Assembly: GCA_015680685.1 (NCBI GenBank)
Contig: MNCI01000248.1
Location: forward strand, 22,811 to 86,810
Reading direction: 5' to 3'
Source of the DNA: Gnetum montanum
Lineage: Eukaryota > Plantae > Gnetophyta
DNA: 64,000 nt
The position numbers and the translations under genes are program-made. Shown piece after piece: positions 63,540 to 64,000 of the stretch. Below the pieces are notes generated by a model. The model was not told the origin of the DNA. It did not search any database and worked only from the letters and a program-made list of their open reading frames with translations. The first letter of the stretch is position 1. Each line of letters opens with the position of its first letter.

Positions 63540-63830
63540 GAGCATTGGTGCATGATAGAATTTAAAGATAATGTCAAAATCAAAACCAAAGCTCACTACA
63601 TATGAATGCTACCATCACTCAAAGCTAAATGTCATAAAGAAATTAGTACTCTTCTAGAAAAGAGACTCATATAGCTAAGCATCAGTATATTTGTCTATGC
63701 TACCTTTTACATCGACAAACAAGCAGAATAAGTTAGAAGTAAGAAATAGTTAGTTAACTATAAACATCTAAATCATTTAATCAAACTAGTTTAGCATCCA
63801 ATCCCAAACAAAGATGATTTGTTCCAATGG
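63540..63830 (+). pseudogene. Caulimovirid reverse transcriptase N-terminus (truncated by LTR insertion)
   Basis: CHKEISTLLEKRLI..ATFYIDKQAE*VRSKK*LVNYKHLN..HPIPNKDDLF. Confidence 0.88.
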
Positions 63831-64000
63831 TGATGAGTGGTGAGATACCCCTACACTCAACCATATGAATACAAGCGTAGCAAGCGCGATCCGATCAAAC
63901 TCCGTAGACTAAGTGCCTACACACCCCATGGAACACTTAGGGTTAATTATTTGTTGTCTTCCCAGACTTACTTGTAGTTTTCATGGTGTATGGTTAAGTA
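63831..64000 (-). mobile_element. Start of an LTR related to element B LTRs
   Basis: TGATGAGTGG..ACCCCTACACTCAACCATATGAATACAAG matches 6473 and 14150 for ~80 bp and then diverges. Confidence 0.85.

Larger units (their letters stand above)
59631..63830 (+). mobile_element. Endogenous caulimovirid (plant pararetrovirus) fragment: intergenic region-MP-CP-AP-RT start
   Basis: Domain order movement protein, coat protein zinc knuckle, aspartic protease, RT, with an A-rich coding strand. Possible degenerate tRNA-Met PBS TGGTGCCAAGAA at 59842. Confidence 0.88.

Overview
This is plant nuclear heterochromatin, probably from a large-genome vascular plant (inferred). It consists almost entirely of old, nested and heavily CG/CHG-deaminated Ty3/Gypsy retrotransposons, and no intact protein-coding gene is visible. 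From left to right: (1) a CpG-rich, gene-like 5' region (~0.2-1.3 kb); (2) an Ogre/Tat-like gag-pro fragment (A); (3) a pol-less Athila-like element (B) with gag and a spliced accessory ORF; (4) Tat-type and CRM-like pol remnants (C, D); (5) a giant Ogre/Tat-like element (E, 23.6-58.2 kb) with a related pol-less element (F, 34.6-51.3 kb) nested inside it; (6) a solo LTR; (7) an endogenous caulimovirid (MP-CP-AP-RT) cut by a younger LTR at the window end. The main result concerns E and F. Both carry, antisense to gag and downstream of protease (in E, between protease and RT), a homologous multi-exon gene with its own TATA box and conserved splice sites. It encodes an FCP1/NIF-type HAD phosphatase-like domain (DxDxT replaced by ELVG in both copies), a plant-mobile-domain (PMD)-like region and a coiled coil. 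Each family also repeats its own short CpG-containing motif both in the LTR U3 and next to the accessory gene's promoter or first intron. This suggests a retrotransposon-encoded, sequence-specific trans-activation or anti-silencing system, which remains a hypothesis. All domain calls are by-eye motif recognition, not database searches, and identities are rough manual estimates.
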